A stretch of 63,996 bases of DNA, filler included, from Basidiobolus ranarum (lineage: Eukaryota), in NCBI GenBank assembly GCA_040143965.1. It is 3 parts of 3 records of this genome, joined end to end, with 100 filler letters (N's around TTAATTAATTAA, not from the genome) between each part and the next. Parts side by side here need not be neighbours in the genome. Positions count along the whole stretch, not along the records: positions 1 to 22,946 come from JASJQH010007051.1; positions 23,047 to 45,916 come from JASJQH010007052.1; 1 more part is not named here. One strand, written 5' to 3'. Position 1 is the stretch's first letter; every line of letters starts with the position of its first letter. The notes below the pieces were generated by a model. That model did no database searches. It had not been told where the DNA came from and saw nothing but the letters and a program-made list of their open reading frames with translations. This document shows, piece after piece, positions 12,503 to 24,625 of this stretch. Position numbers and translations under genes: made by a program.

Positions 12503-13087
12503 TCATACGTGAGTCTTATAATGTCTTCTCAGATTGGATAGGACAGAGAATCTTCGCTGGCAGTTGGTAAACTCACAAATGTATGGCTTCTCACCGGTGT
12601 GAGTGTGTAGGTGTACACGTAGTGAACTTGGGCGTGGGAACCGTTTATGACAAAGATGACAAACGTGACGTTTGGCAATGTAATTTGGCTGATTACGTTG
12701 GTATTCTTCGGTCATTTCACTCAAGTGAATCTTTTTCTGTGCGTACATCCCTATTTCCTCATCGGCGTCAGGAGTGGTGGGTGCACTGCCATTGGTATGG
12801 TCGTCAGAATATGGGCTTATACCAGATTCTAGAAGCGAAGGTAGGAGAGCTTGAAAAGCGGAATTGTTGGAATTTCTATCTTGATAATCTGATTTCATTT
12901 TTTTATACGAGAAGTAGTCCTGGTTTTTCACCTCTGGACATGGCTTAAACCAAGTTTCTTTGGAGAAAAGGTCTTGAATGCTAGGGAGTTGGCTATCTGG
13001 TGGAGTCCAAAGGCCGTGAGATTTTGTAGCGGCAGTATCTTGATACTGAGATTGATACATACTATGAGTTAGGCTAAGTTGAGACAT
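12503..13087 (-). CDS. C2H2 zinc-finger transcription factor (two C-terminal fingers)
   Basis: CHLCHKRFPRPSSLRVHLHTH-TGEKPY-ICEFTNCQRRFSVLSNLRRHYKTH; intronless 194-aa ORF. Confidence 0.92.
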   Translation of the reverse strand: MSQLSLTHSMYQSQYQDTAATKSHGLWTPPDSQLPSIQDLFSKETWFKPCPEVKNQDYFSYKKMKSDYQDRNSNNSAFQALLPSLLESGISPYSDDHTNGSAPTTPDADEEIGMYAQKKIHLSEMTEEYQRNQPNYIAKRHVCHLCHKRFPRPSSLRVHLHTHTGEKPYICEFTNCQRRFSVLSNLRRHYKTHV

Positions 13088-13906
13088 ATTGAAGGAGTTG
13101 CCAATAGAACTGATCCTCGAGCTTATGGAAGGTGGATTTGGAGAGTGATCTAGAATGGGTAAAGAGGAGTAGCTAAATATTTTAGAGAGATAGGTGGCAG
13201 TTAGTAAGACAAATAGCCTCAGCGGGGTTTTATACTCTCCAAATGGATAATCTGAAACGGAACTAAGTGTAGCTCGATTGTAGATCTACTTTCTAATCGA
13301 CTACAAATATTGCCATGAGGGATAACGGAAGTCTCTGACCCTATTTTGGAAGAGATGTGAATTCAAGCTGATCAAGGATCACTGTAATATTTATTGGTGT
13401 CGACCGATTGTGATAATAAAATATATATATATGGTCATTTGGTGACAAGCTCCCCGACAGTATTCGCTTAAAGAAATGGGAAATTAAGCAACCCCTCATT
13501 TCCAACTAGCGAGGAAAGCCGATGATAGCTGGTCCAATCACCATATAGGTTCAATCAAGAATCAGGGCTATTTTTAGGATACGGTGTAATATAGCGGCCA
13601 ATTGAAGGACCAAACACAGCGTTCTTAGAAATGGTTGAATTCCGTCTTGTACACTAGAGGGTTGGACATACAGTAGCGATCTTCCTTCCATGAGACGGAA
13701 AAAGGCGAGAAAATGCGTGTAAAAGGCGTGGATTAGCATGAAAACAACATCTATGGCACAACCGGTATTTCCCATAATAGCATTATGCTGACGACCGCAC
13801 CCCACGCAAAGTACCAAATCACCTCCCTTTCCCCATGTCTAAGGCTTTATCTATGGTAGCACCAGTTTATTACGGTTGGGTTGATGCATAGTTCCTGTTT
13901 AGGTAA

Positions 13907-13998
13907 GAGAGTGATCAAAAAATGCGTAAATTCTAGAGTGATCAATAGTCTAAATTCTAGAGTGACTAATAGCCTAAATTCTTGACTAAATTCTTGAT
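13907..13998. repeat. Degenerate 24-bp/12-bp tandem repeat upstream of the C2H2 gene
   Basis: TAAATTCTAGAGTGATCAATAGTC, TAAATTCTAGAGTGACTAATAGCC, then TAAATTCTTGAC and TAAATTCTTGAT. Confidence 0.8.
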
Positions 13999-16888
13999 TC
14001 TTTATTTGCATCTGATTTGTGGACATGATGTTGATCAAATGATACGTGGGAATCTCTCGCAATCCATTCCTCACCGTTCTTCACCATTCCTCTAAGCTCG
14101 GGGCCATCCAATGAAGGCGGCTTGGTTTGGATAACATCATTTGACAGGATCTCATTAGAGATATCGAATTATATAAACTCCATGTTTTCCAAGTGAAAGT
14201 CGTGGTGATTGGTAAGTTTTTACTCTCTGAACTTTTATTCTGATGAATATTGTTATAAGTGGCCAGAGGAGGCGGGACAGTGTAGTGGGAAGAAAAGGAA
14301 GACCGTGGTTGGTGGTTGGATTACTGTCACCTCAGTATCAGAAAGACCCGTCTGGGAACTACAATGACTTGCGCTTTTAGTCTAGCTAGCTCATAGCCAA
14401 TGTCATTGAACCTGATATATCGAGATAAAGAGCAGATTTGATCTACAGATAGGCCCCGAGCTACATGTTAATTACAGATCTTCAAACCTAGATGATTGTT
14501 CTATGATGAATCTGACGATATCTCTAGCCGACTCCAAACTCTTATGGATGAGTCAGCCAGCTGGACCATCCAAAGCCGCTCATGCTGTCTGGCTTGATTG
14601 GTCGTTCTTGAATCTTTGTTGTAGTGGAAAATTTGAGGGTACGTTTGGTGTAGCGTTGGGTGCATTTGCAATATCCCTCTCCCCCAGCTCGAGTGTAACA
14701 AATCTGATCTACATTAGTGCATCAATTCAGCAGGTAATTACTCCGTTATTTAGTGAATAGTATGAATTGTGTGAATTATGCAGATTGCGCCAGTTCTTAT
14801 CAAACCTTGTGAATCAGTCCTACCGCTGGGCACTTACTTGTAGTGATTTTCAGGTCATACAGTGGTAGGAAGTGTACGCAACAGACCTGAGAATCTTCTG
14901 TAACGAAACAAACAGTTCCAAGAAAATCACTGAATCACCATCGTACAACTGAATGGTCACTTGATGTGTTTGTCAACACATAAGAGATACGCGGTTCATC
15001 TCAAAAGAGTATTATATTGATGGGTGTCTTAATATATCTATAAAAGTACATCCATACATATGTTCAGAGTACAAGTCACCTGATCATTGGATGAGATCAC
15101 GTTTGCTCTTCGAAGCTCTAGTCTACGTCGTCAGCGAGCCAACAACGTAGTGAAGAGTTCATTGCTGATGAGTTTGTAAGACCACGGACGATCACTCATT
15201 AAATCTAGACTTCACCAAGATCGGGAACATTTCATGCTAAGCACCACTGAAGGTACTGATCGTTGACCACCGGATGAATGGTGATTCTCTAAATGTGGAT
15301 TATCCCAGGTCTAGGGGATCAGCAATGCAGTGAATTCATTCGAGAAGAGCTGGCGACAGCTGGTTGGTGAAGAAGGATATTCCCATGTTCCCAATATTCG
15401 TAAAAGTAAATGACACCTAGCCCTTGCTCTTACTCTTGCCCTCACCCCCGTTTGATGCTTAGACCCATTGAACTGATCAGCAGGACTGGAGATGAACCTT
15501 TTGACAGGTGCATGATCACAACTTGGTAGATCTTGTGGGTGTTACATTGTATTAACTATTTTAACGGGGTAATGGCGAGGGAATATTTTGTTTTTTTCCC
15601 AAGTTAGGTGGAGTGTATCTGAGTGAACGAAAGGATACGTGCAAGCACATTAAGAACGATCAATATGATATTGGCCCGATCTATTTTTTCATTCAATCAG
15701 ATCCCACAACGGTCTATGCCATAAAAGGTTAGACATCCAAATATATCTACAATTTTTCACTTGTCTCACAATCCCACCTGGCCATCGAGAGCAGCGGCAA
15801 TTAGTTTGCATACTGCTAGCTGCTTGACCATTATACATGAACTAGACCAAGCAGTCCATGATTGGTGATTGGGACCTCGTCTATATTAACGCTTAATATG
15901 GGAACCAAAGCGTCGTCCAACCTCACGAATTCAGTCATGTCCGAAACAGTGTTTACCTTTCTCTAACAGTAATGCTCAGTCAACTTCTTATTTGAATTTC
16001 ATATCTAATATTGACTATTGCTTGGTTTAAGTGAATGCTTTCTCAACATCTAAACATCACTTCATTGGTCCGTTGTTAAATTAATCAAGTTAGTGATAAC
16101 TATAAGGGAATTAACAATATTTCTCTATACCTGCCCTACCTAATATAGTGATTTTTCATATAACTGTTTCGAAGACCACATCATGTCTCAGTATTATTAC
16201 CCAAAATATTATCTACTTGAAATTTACTTACCTTTAGTGAGTTAAGTTAAATCTCTCATATCCCTCCACCTTCCCCACATCTCTTAAAATTGCTTGATAA
16301 TCTTAAACAGAAGTTACCATTTTAGTTAAAGCTAACTATATAGAAGTTGGATAAAATCATGGTCAGGTAAATCACTTGGTGATAATGGATTGGTGTTTTA
16401 CATGCAATATAGGGTCTTACATATGAAACTATAGTCACTAACTGTCTAAACTGTGATAATAAATGATTTTTATTGGAATATTGGATCATGATCTAGCAAT
16501 ACTGTAAACCTTGCGTTGATTCAACTAGTAGATGGTATTTGCCATTATGGCTCGTGGTTCTCTGGATCAGGCCCTCTGGATCATTATCCATATCCATACG
16601 CATACGCACCCATACGACTATCTTCGAAATAAAATTGACCTGTCAAAGGATAGCATGGAGGCTTCCCGGGAGTGAGGTTAGAGCTGACAACATGAGAGGT
16701 CAAATCTCGGAACAAAAGTGTTTATTACAAAGGAGAACCGAATGGATAGTACGAGAGCTTGAAAGTAGTCGATAAAGAACATCTACAGTAAAAAAAAAGA
16801 AAAGAAATTCGTGTGGTACGGCCAAAATTCAATCAACATTGGTGATATTGCCAGTGATCTAGGTTAGGTTGTTTCAAAGGTATGGAGG

Positions 16889-19800
16889 CTATGTGTTGGA
16901 CTGTGGATTGAATTGACGCAAGTGTTGTTGAATTGCGTTCATCTGTTGTGGTGTTAGTCCCATGTTTTGCAGCATCAATCCGTTCGTTCCTGCTATCAAA
17001 GTAGTTAGAGTTAATATATGTTGGGAATACAAGGAGAGAGCAGAGAGTGTTTAATAGTATGCGTATTTACCATTCTGTCCAACGCCAACCCCATTAGCTG
17101 CATTCATCATTTGAAGTCGTTGTTGCTGAATTAACGGATTTGCCTGTGGCGAAAGGTTGGGAATCGGCACTTTTAAGCAAAGTAATCCCACCAATCGTTG
17201 GTTGGTACAAACTAAAACCATGCCATAAGTGGATCCATTGGCTGTTGTAAATCTTGCTGTAGCAACCTGATAATACAAGAATTGAGGTTAGAGTCAGTAT
17301 TTCAACTGAAAATGTAGATCACATTACCATTCGCTTAGATTCCAGATTTTTAGTCAAAGCTAGATAGTACGCTTGATTTTCAGTGGAATTTAAACTTGCT
17401 GTTGGGAGTAATGAGACATAAGGGAGTCGATTTTCTACCGCTAATCGTTGTAATTCTGGTATTTTAGCTGGCATCAAACCAGTGATGACTAGCCGTTGAG
17501 GCCAAGAATCCAACATGCTAATGGTAAATGTTTTGAGTATTGATAAAATTACGTGAAAAATAAACATTCATAAACTTACTATTCCTCCCTTTGGAATGGA
17601 ACTCCAGTCTTGTTATTCACAGGGGAAGCACTTACAATGCAGCTTAATTCCCGCTGAGTACGGGTTGCGGTATCAGTCGCATGCCAGACAATCTGACCAT
17701 TCCATATGGGTTGAGATTGGTTGGGAGCTGCGCTTTGAGCAGTCTGAGCTGCTTGCGCTTGTGCCTGGGCTTGTGCTTGGGCAGCTTGCAGACGCAACTG
17801 TTGGAATTTTTGAGCGGCAATTCCCTGGGCATTGGCCTGACCAGCACCGTTGTTACCAGCAGCTTGAAGCAAAGCCGCTTGTGCTAGTAAATTAGCTTGA
17901 GCTTGTGCGTTGAGTTGTTGGTTGGCATTGATCATAGAATTAGTCACCGATGCCATTGATGTCATGGGGGAGTTTTGAAGGCTACCAGATGTTGCGGCTG
18001 CAGTATTGTAAAGCATAGGATTAATAGTAGTTGCTGCAGCTGAATCTCCTTGATTTAGTCCTATTTGTTCATTATTTTTAAGCTGTTGCTGTTGCAATTG
18101 TTGAAGTTGAACAAAGCGTTTTTGCTGCTCTTGTTGCTTTGTAAGCTGCGCTTGAAGTAAGTGTTGCTTTGCTTGTGCTTGTAAATTCTGTGTATTGGAG
18201 ATGCGGGCTTGAAGCTGCTGCAATAACATAGGCTGTTGATTGGCATTTCCGGGTAGTGAGGTAGGCGAGCCACTTTGGCCCCCCGCACGATTCATGAATT
18301 GTTGTTGTGCTGCAGCTTGAGCTTGGGCATTTTGAATATTCTGTGCCATCATTTGTCTTTTGAGTTGTTCCTGTTGAACAGGGGATAATGGTTGAGCCAT
18401 CTGCATATTTGGAGAAACAGAGCTCTGTTGCATCGAAGGAGACATTTGCTTTTGCTGAATAGAAGGTGAGAGCTGCTGTTGTGGGGGTGACGACATCAAG
18501 TGTTGAGATGACGGAGATAGATGATGTTGAGGAGGTGGCGAAAGTTGATGGAGTTGTGGTGATGGAGTATGTTGTTGTGGATTGGGTGATTGCTGCACGG
18601 CTTTGAGTGGTTGTGAAGAGCTTTGAGGTGTTTGAGGTTGTTCAACTTTAACCTTGCTTTTGGGTTTTGGCATTGCCATAGGAGATTGTTCAGCAGCTTG
18701 AGGTAATGAAGTATTTGGCTGCTGTTCAGCCGAATCATTGGCCTGTGGGGTCTGTGCGTTTGCTAGGCTATCACCACCATCATCGGGGACGAGTTCTTTG
18801 TTGCTTGTAGTCTCTGTTTTGACTTCCGGCTCCAATGACTGTATCGGCGGTGGTTGAGGTGTTTGAGGCAATGGAGATGCGTCGATCTTTTGCCTTTTGG
18901 GAGAGGGTTGAGCAGGCGATATGGGAATACCCGCAGGGCTTATACCAAGTCTTCCTGGTGAAGTTTCAACAAACTCTCTCTTAAGCTCTATAATAGACTA
19001 ATAGTTAGTATATATATCGAATAAATGCGCTGTCAATAGATATCAATGTACGGTACCATTTTTAAGGAGGGGAGGGGGCAGCTTGAAACCACCGAGTTTA
19101 ACGACAAAATCTTTAGCGTGGGTATCGTCAATATGGAAAGTCTCAATTTTGTTTTCTTCGTTCACCTTTAGAGTCCAAGCTTAATAGAGGGATTCCATTG
19201 AAAGACATAAGGTTGACTTACCTGCTTAGCAAGATTTTCAAGAGTTAAAAGTCCTTTCCTCAATCCGATAAAAGAAAAGCGAATATTTTCCTATAGTTGC
19301 CGGTTAGTATACATACGAAGTTGGCAATCAAGAGAGATGTCATAGAAACTCCACCTTAGTTATGTGTGTAGCAATATCGGGAAGTTTGAAATTATCATAT
19401 TTCTCATCATTATTACACCTGCATCCATTCAAATAAGGAGCTGTATTGGCAATCAAAATACAATGTCGAATTGGATTTGGACTTTCTGTGTGTCTTGTTG
19501 TGTTATGCATATCGAACATCTATCATGAGTTAGTAAAGATCTCATGAAAGTAAAGTTGATAGAAACATACTTCCAGAGCTCCGACAAGGCCCTCGCCAAC
19601 TGCATTCTTTAAGGGGCCCCCCTGAGTAAATTTGATTTTTTCAAGAATATTTCGGAAAAAGTGATAGTCACTGGTAAAATACTTCGTATCAACGGTTATT
19701 ACAGTTGAGGCCCCGTAATCTCCATAAACAACAATGCCAAGCTTTAATACAGGCTTTCAAGTTGAAGATGTCAATATACATCATGAATAATATGGTATGC

Positions 19801-20159
19801 ACATATTACTTGTAGCTTACGTTAACTTTGGTTTTCTGGTTTTCACCTGCCTCGACGATGATTGGTGTTCGGAGTTGTCTGATAGAAGTAAAGTTGGTTT
19901 TTAGCAACTCTGAATAAACCCATATCCTATAGATCCAAGCTTACCGAATTATTGGTTCTATGTAGGTTTGATAAATAGTGTCGAACTGTTTGGCTAGAGC
20001 TAAAGTCCCTTCTAAAACGAAGATACACAGAACCTCTTGTTTTGGAGATGGATTTGTAATGATCGAATGAGTCTGATAAGAGTTTGTAGTATGTGGAGAT
20101 CCATTTGAGAGAACAGGAGATAAAGGTGGTATTTTTGGTGTATGGGTACTCGCCAGCAT
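16889..20159 (-). CDS. MED25: Mediator subunit Med25-like protein (N-terminal VWA, long Q/P-rich linker, C-terminal ACID/PTOV-like domain), multi-exon
   Basis: N-terminal CIFVLEGTLALAKQFDTIYQTYIEPII resembles the Med25 VWA start (VVFVIEGTA.LGPYF..L...Y..P.I), followed later by AVGEGLVGALE and RHCILIANTAPY. The C-terminal PIWNGQIVW...WPQRLVITGLMP...LTKNLESKRMVATARF...GMVLVCTNQRLVGLL resembles the ACID domain. Confidence 0.8.
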
Positions 20160-20706
20160 TATAGTAAATAAGACTTCTCTAAAAACTTGAAACCTTCTCA
20201 CGATGGTTGAAAACGGATTATTTTACTGACTTTCTGTTGATTTTCAAACTTGTGTATGTATGTATTTCGGTAATATAAAGTTAGATGTTTCAAAATTGGA
20301 AGAGATCTTGATCGCCAAAGGATGAATATGTTTCCTTGCTCTAGAGAAGAGAGCTTGCTGGACAATAGATAGCTAAGAATGTATTGATATAATTGAGGTT
20401 TTTCCAAAATGCCTCAGATGCAGATCGCGTAAAAGTGGTGTTTTCAATGATTAAAAAGTAATCTTAGCATATAGAATTAGTTCAAAATTAAATCAACTAC
20501 CATAGAAATCCAAAATCCAGCATAAATAATGTGAAATTTAACACTTATTTGTAATCTTGACATACATTGTTTTGTCCCTTTTGTTTTGCCCTTATTTTTA
20601 AACCTATATTCTACGAGTGACGAGAAGCTGACTACGTTGGCCCTCTTTAATCCAAATATACTGAGTGTCACTTGAACAAGGTAGATTTATCCGAAACTCT
20701 TGCACT

Positions 20707-21156
20707 ATGTCATCTGCTGATTTATCCAAGAACTCCGAAGTAGACATGCTCGAGCCACAAGACTATAGCGCTACAGTAAGTGTACCCATGGATTTCGTGA
20801 CCAAATTTTCATACTTATCTCTATTTATATTTGAAGATTCTAAGTAACGTAAAAGAAATGGTAAGAAAGAGTAAACATCCTCACCACTGTATCGAAATAT
20901 GTTTTGCTTACATCTCCCAACTTACTAGCAAGATAGACTTGATGCTTTATCAAAAAATATCTTCACCAAAAGTACGTTAAGCACTTTTATCACTTGATAG
21001 GCATATTGAGTTACTAACATATTTTGCTACTTAGTGGATGACATAACCAGTAAGATAGACGAGCTTGACAAAGCCGTTAGCGGTATGGAGGCTGATCTAG
21101 AAGCCCCAATTGCTTCCGCAGATAGTAGCGATGAGGTTCCGACGACGGAAGAGTAA
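20707..21156 (+). CDS. HSBP1: Heat shock factor binding protein 1 (HSBP1)-like, 4 exons
   Basis: Spliced: MSSADLSKNSEVDMLEPQDYSAT-ILSNVKEM-QDRLDALSKNIFTK-MDDITSKIDELDKAVSGMEADL...EE-stop, matching the HSBP1 coiled coil (QDRF..MS..I..RIDDM..RIDDLEK.I). Confidence 0.75.
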
Positions 21157-21627
21157 TCCTGGAAATGCACTCCAGTTAGCCCCCAACCACTCAAAGTATC
21201 AATCTTTTGAGAATTGTAAAATGTAGGTACTTGTATTTATCAGCTTAGCATGAGCACCACCCTCTTGACGCAGCATGATACTTTTCGAAACAAGTAGAAA
21301 AGCATTTGATGTTTTGTATCTGTTTTCGTGGACTTGATATAATCAATAATAAAATGTTTGCTATTTGCTCAGTAGCTCATATTCATAGATATACAAAGGA
21401 ATATCAATCCATTCATTTTGACATTTAAATCAATTATTGAGACTGGAGGTTTATTTAATAATTGAAGACTCATCGAGTTCACTAGAAAACTAAATTCCAA
21501 TAAAAAAGTCTAGATATGAAAGGGAACCTTGGTCTTTTATAAAGTGGACAAGATACTACAGCCGAGACAGGTTCGCTTGAAAGGAGAGATGCAAGGTGAA
21601 ATGTATGTAAACTGAGGGATAGGTAAA

Positions 21628-21984
21628 TCATTTATGGACTTCTCCAGTTTCAGGATCAACCCATTTACGAGCAGGCTTGATGATTTCTGCTACTGTGAAG
21701 GATTTTCTTTTACTCAAAGGACGACAGGCTTCAATGCGAACTACGTCTCCAAGTTCACATTTGGTCTTTTCATCGTGAACCAAGTAGTTTTTGTGAAGAG
21801 TGATAATCTGTGACGAACAGTTACTCAAGTTAGCCTGGATTCACCTGAAGGTTGTCCATCTGCTATGAAGGAAATAAACACTTACCTTTTTAACTACTGG
21901 GTGAGGAATATGGCGAGGTACGCGAACCTTGACAGTCTTTCTCATGGCGGTTCCGACCACCATACCGATGAAATTTTGTTTCAT
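21628..21984 (-). CDS. MRPS17: Mitochondrial ribosomal protein uS17m, 2 exons
   Basis: [22 protein letters not shown]...HPVVKK / [37 protein letters not shown] is the S17 signature. Confidence 0.92.
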
Positions 21985-22883
21985 TTTTGGAATAAAAAAA
22001 TGCTTTCGAAGTCCGGCAAGAGAAGAACTTGGAGTTGACAAAAGTTCACTTCAATTTCCTTCTATCAATCGAAATTTTTCAATTCTTCAAGGTACATTCC
22101 GGAATTTGAAATTTTCGGCTTATAATATTCTAGAATTGAGGCAGATTGATTCATGGGACTAATCACACCATTCAGATTTATTGAAATTAGTGCATGGATG
22201 GTTAAGCATGGTGTTAAATCATAAACTGGAATTAGAGTCATGTTTTATCGCTCATATCCCGATATTTATTTCAAATCGTAATCAATGTTCTCGCCATTTG
22301 TCTTGTCCTCTGCAAATTTGATCAACTATATTCCAGTTAAAAGCTTTGCGCATGAGGTATATCTGCTGTTATAAATGTACATTCCAACAAGTTAAAAACC
22401 ATTTCTGTGCTTAAAATAATCTATAGCTTAAGGATACTGTCGTGAAATTGCACTCGGAGTATAGAGATATATGAGCTATACCAATTACCACTGAGTATTA
22501 GAGATATAATTAAGGCACATGTTAGAAGACGCTCAATTGCTAGCAGTGTTTGTGGTGAGGATGTTTAGAATTATTAGAAAGCATAGGTATAAATTGATAG
22601 CGGAAATTGTGAATCGGCACTGTGATTAAAAAAATTTGGTTGATTTTTCCAGTGAAGTTCAGCTGTATTTGCAGTGAATCCCACATGATGACACATACAA
22701 ACCCCTTCTCTATTTCGAAAAACTGCAACGGAACCGTTAAATGCATATAGATATCAGAGATGTTCTATTTTCTTGAACCAGATAATCGTTTGTATGCTGT
22801 TAGATAAAGTGATCGAAATCCATGTGCTTCAGTCTGGCACTATTCAGTTAGGTAGCTTTACAATCACTTAATCATATTAAATC

Positions 22884-22946
22884 TGTTAAAGTATTTGGGA
22901 GCCTGTTGGAAGTGGTTTGGAGATTTAGAGAAATTGGTGGTTTTCA
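22884..22946 (+). mobile_element. 5' end of a dispersed TG...CA repeat (LTR-like or long-TIR element), cut by the contig end
   Basis: TGTTAAAGTATTTGGGAGCCTGTTGGAAGTGGTTTGGAG... is a near-exact reverse complement of 46618-46680 and is similar to about 42110-42174. Confidence 0.75.
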
Positions 22947-23046
22947 NNNNNNNNNNNNNNNNNNNNNNNNNNNNNNNNNNNNNNNNNNNNTTAATTAATT
23001 AANNNNNNNNNNNNNNNNNNNNNNNNNNNNNNNNNNNNNNNNNNNN
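22947..23046. other. Artificial assembly spacer (N44-TTAATTAATTAA-N44)
   Basis: Fixed 100-bp block containing a six-frame stop linker. Confidence 0.97.
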
Positions 23047-23346
23047 AGTGTTCTTCTCGTGTTCAACGGAAGGGTTCAAAAGGTCGATAGCTAACTAAGA
23101 AAACGAGGTGGTTAGATACTGTTTCTCGACAAGAACAATGCACCCCAGTCCTTTGTTCACTATAAATCCGCAGGTTTCATCGATGGCTACACTCTCATCC
23201 ATCCATCGTCAATGCTCTTAAGAATGTGAGCAAGTTGGTTTCCAAGTCGCTTTGCACTATCGTAAGCATAACTGTCGTATGTAGTGAATTGCAAAGTGTG
23301 GATGCATTGTAGTTTTAGTGGATAATGAAAAATAACTTACCACCAT
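23047..23346 (-). CDS. RPS27: 40S ribosomal protein eS27, 5' part (truncated by the gap)
   Basis: Exon 1 is ATGGTG (23346-23341), followed by a GTAAGT...TTAG intron (23340-23095). Exon 2 reads LAIDLLNPSVEHEKNT, giving MVLAIDLLNPS..., the fungal eS27 N-terminus. Confidence 0.85.
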
Positions 23347-24625
23347 GATAAACGCTAGTACAATAGAGAACGCTGATCACAAGCGAAAAAGGGGGAACCA
23401 ACCGAAATATGGGGGGAAAGTATTTATATTACTGTGGCTTCAATTCCCCTTCGTAGTAGTAGTTCATTGGTTGAGGGTGAAGTTTTTTCTTGCAAGAAAA
23501 ATATCCTCCATCCAGATTTTTTGAGCCATGCTACCTATAAAACCAAGTTGATTATTTTACGTATTTTGTTACTCAGATTCCTTTCGCAGTATCACTCTCG
23601 GTGTCTGCGCCTTGTAATGATTACTACTACCTATCTCAGAAATAATGCCACTTAAATTTGACTGTTAACTAGAAAGAAAGTTCAATAGCAAGCACAAGAG
23701 ATGCTACTAGCCGATATTTTGATATAGCGCATTTTAAACTTCAAGCAAGTAAGGCTAGTAGTTTTCAACCAAAATCACGAAGAAATACCAAAAAGGCGAG
23801 GCAAAGGTTCAAGCGGTCAGACAAAGAAATACATGATTGAGCATTAGTAGCAATACTTAACATTAGGAAATAAAGAATTCAACGATTGCTCCTTGTAACA
23901 ATAAAGCATGACCTTTCCACCAGTACACAAGCAATATATTAAGATAGCACATGAAAATAATATGGCTCTATAAAAATCTTGATATGAATTACAGAAGAGC
24001 TGTTACACGTACTCTTATTCTTTTGTCTCCTACAAGTTACAATACACTGTTATAGGTAGTGACAAAAGAAATGCTGTAAAGTACATGTGTAATTGATGTA
24101 AAAGGGAATAATAGAGATTGACTCGGCGCACTCAGTTCCTTCAACGAATACCGAAAGTATATTACCATAAAGTAAGGTTGTTATTCATCACTCTCCGATT
24201 TTGGATGGGTTCAGCTTGTTACCAATTTGAACAAGGTGATCAAATCTGCTACCTTCAACAGTTAAGGGTGATGTTATGGTGAGCCAATAATATAGTAGTC
24301 ATAGTCATACTGAGTTTCTGGATATAGATTAATTGCATGTATTGTCCAATCAGAGAATACCAACTGTGAAGATGCAAATACTTCATCGAAAATTACGCCA
24401 TCACGCTGAGCTCGATAAGGCTACTAGATAATCTATAACTGCATGCTGACCAGTCATTGTAATCAGACCGATACTCCGCAAAATTCGGAAAATAGATTAG
24501 ACTATCGAAATATTTATTTTCACGATGTGTGAGTGACATAAGTCAAGTGCCAAAATGGGTGAAAATCTAAAATGCGAATGGGTCGGTGATTACAAAATAT
24601 TTAAAGACAATACAGTATTAAAGAA

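Noticed and set aside
13907-13998. Short direct repeats as a CRISPR-like array
   Set aside because: The repeats are contiguous with no unique spacers, the context is eukaryotic, and there are no cas genes.
17596-18738. Several overlapping ORFs on both strands within the Med25 Q-rich exon
   Set aside because: Shadow ORFs caused by low-complexity CAA/CAG/GCT codon usage.
22991-23002. TTAATTAATTAA palindrome inside N runs (also at 45961-45972)
   Set aside because: Synthetic six-frame stop linker from scaffolding, not biological.
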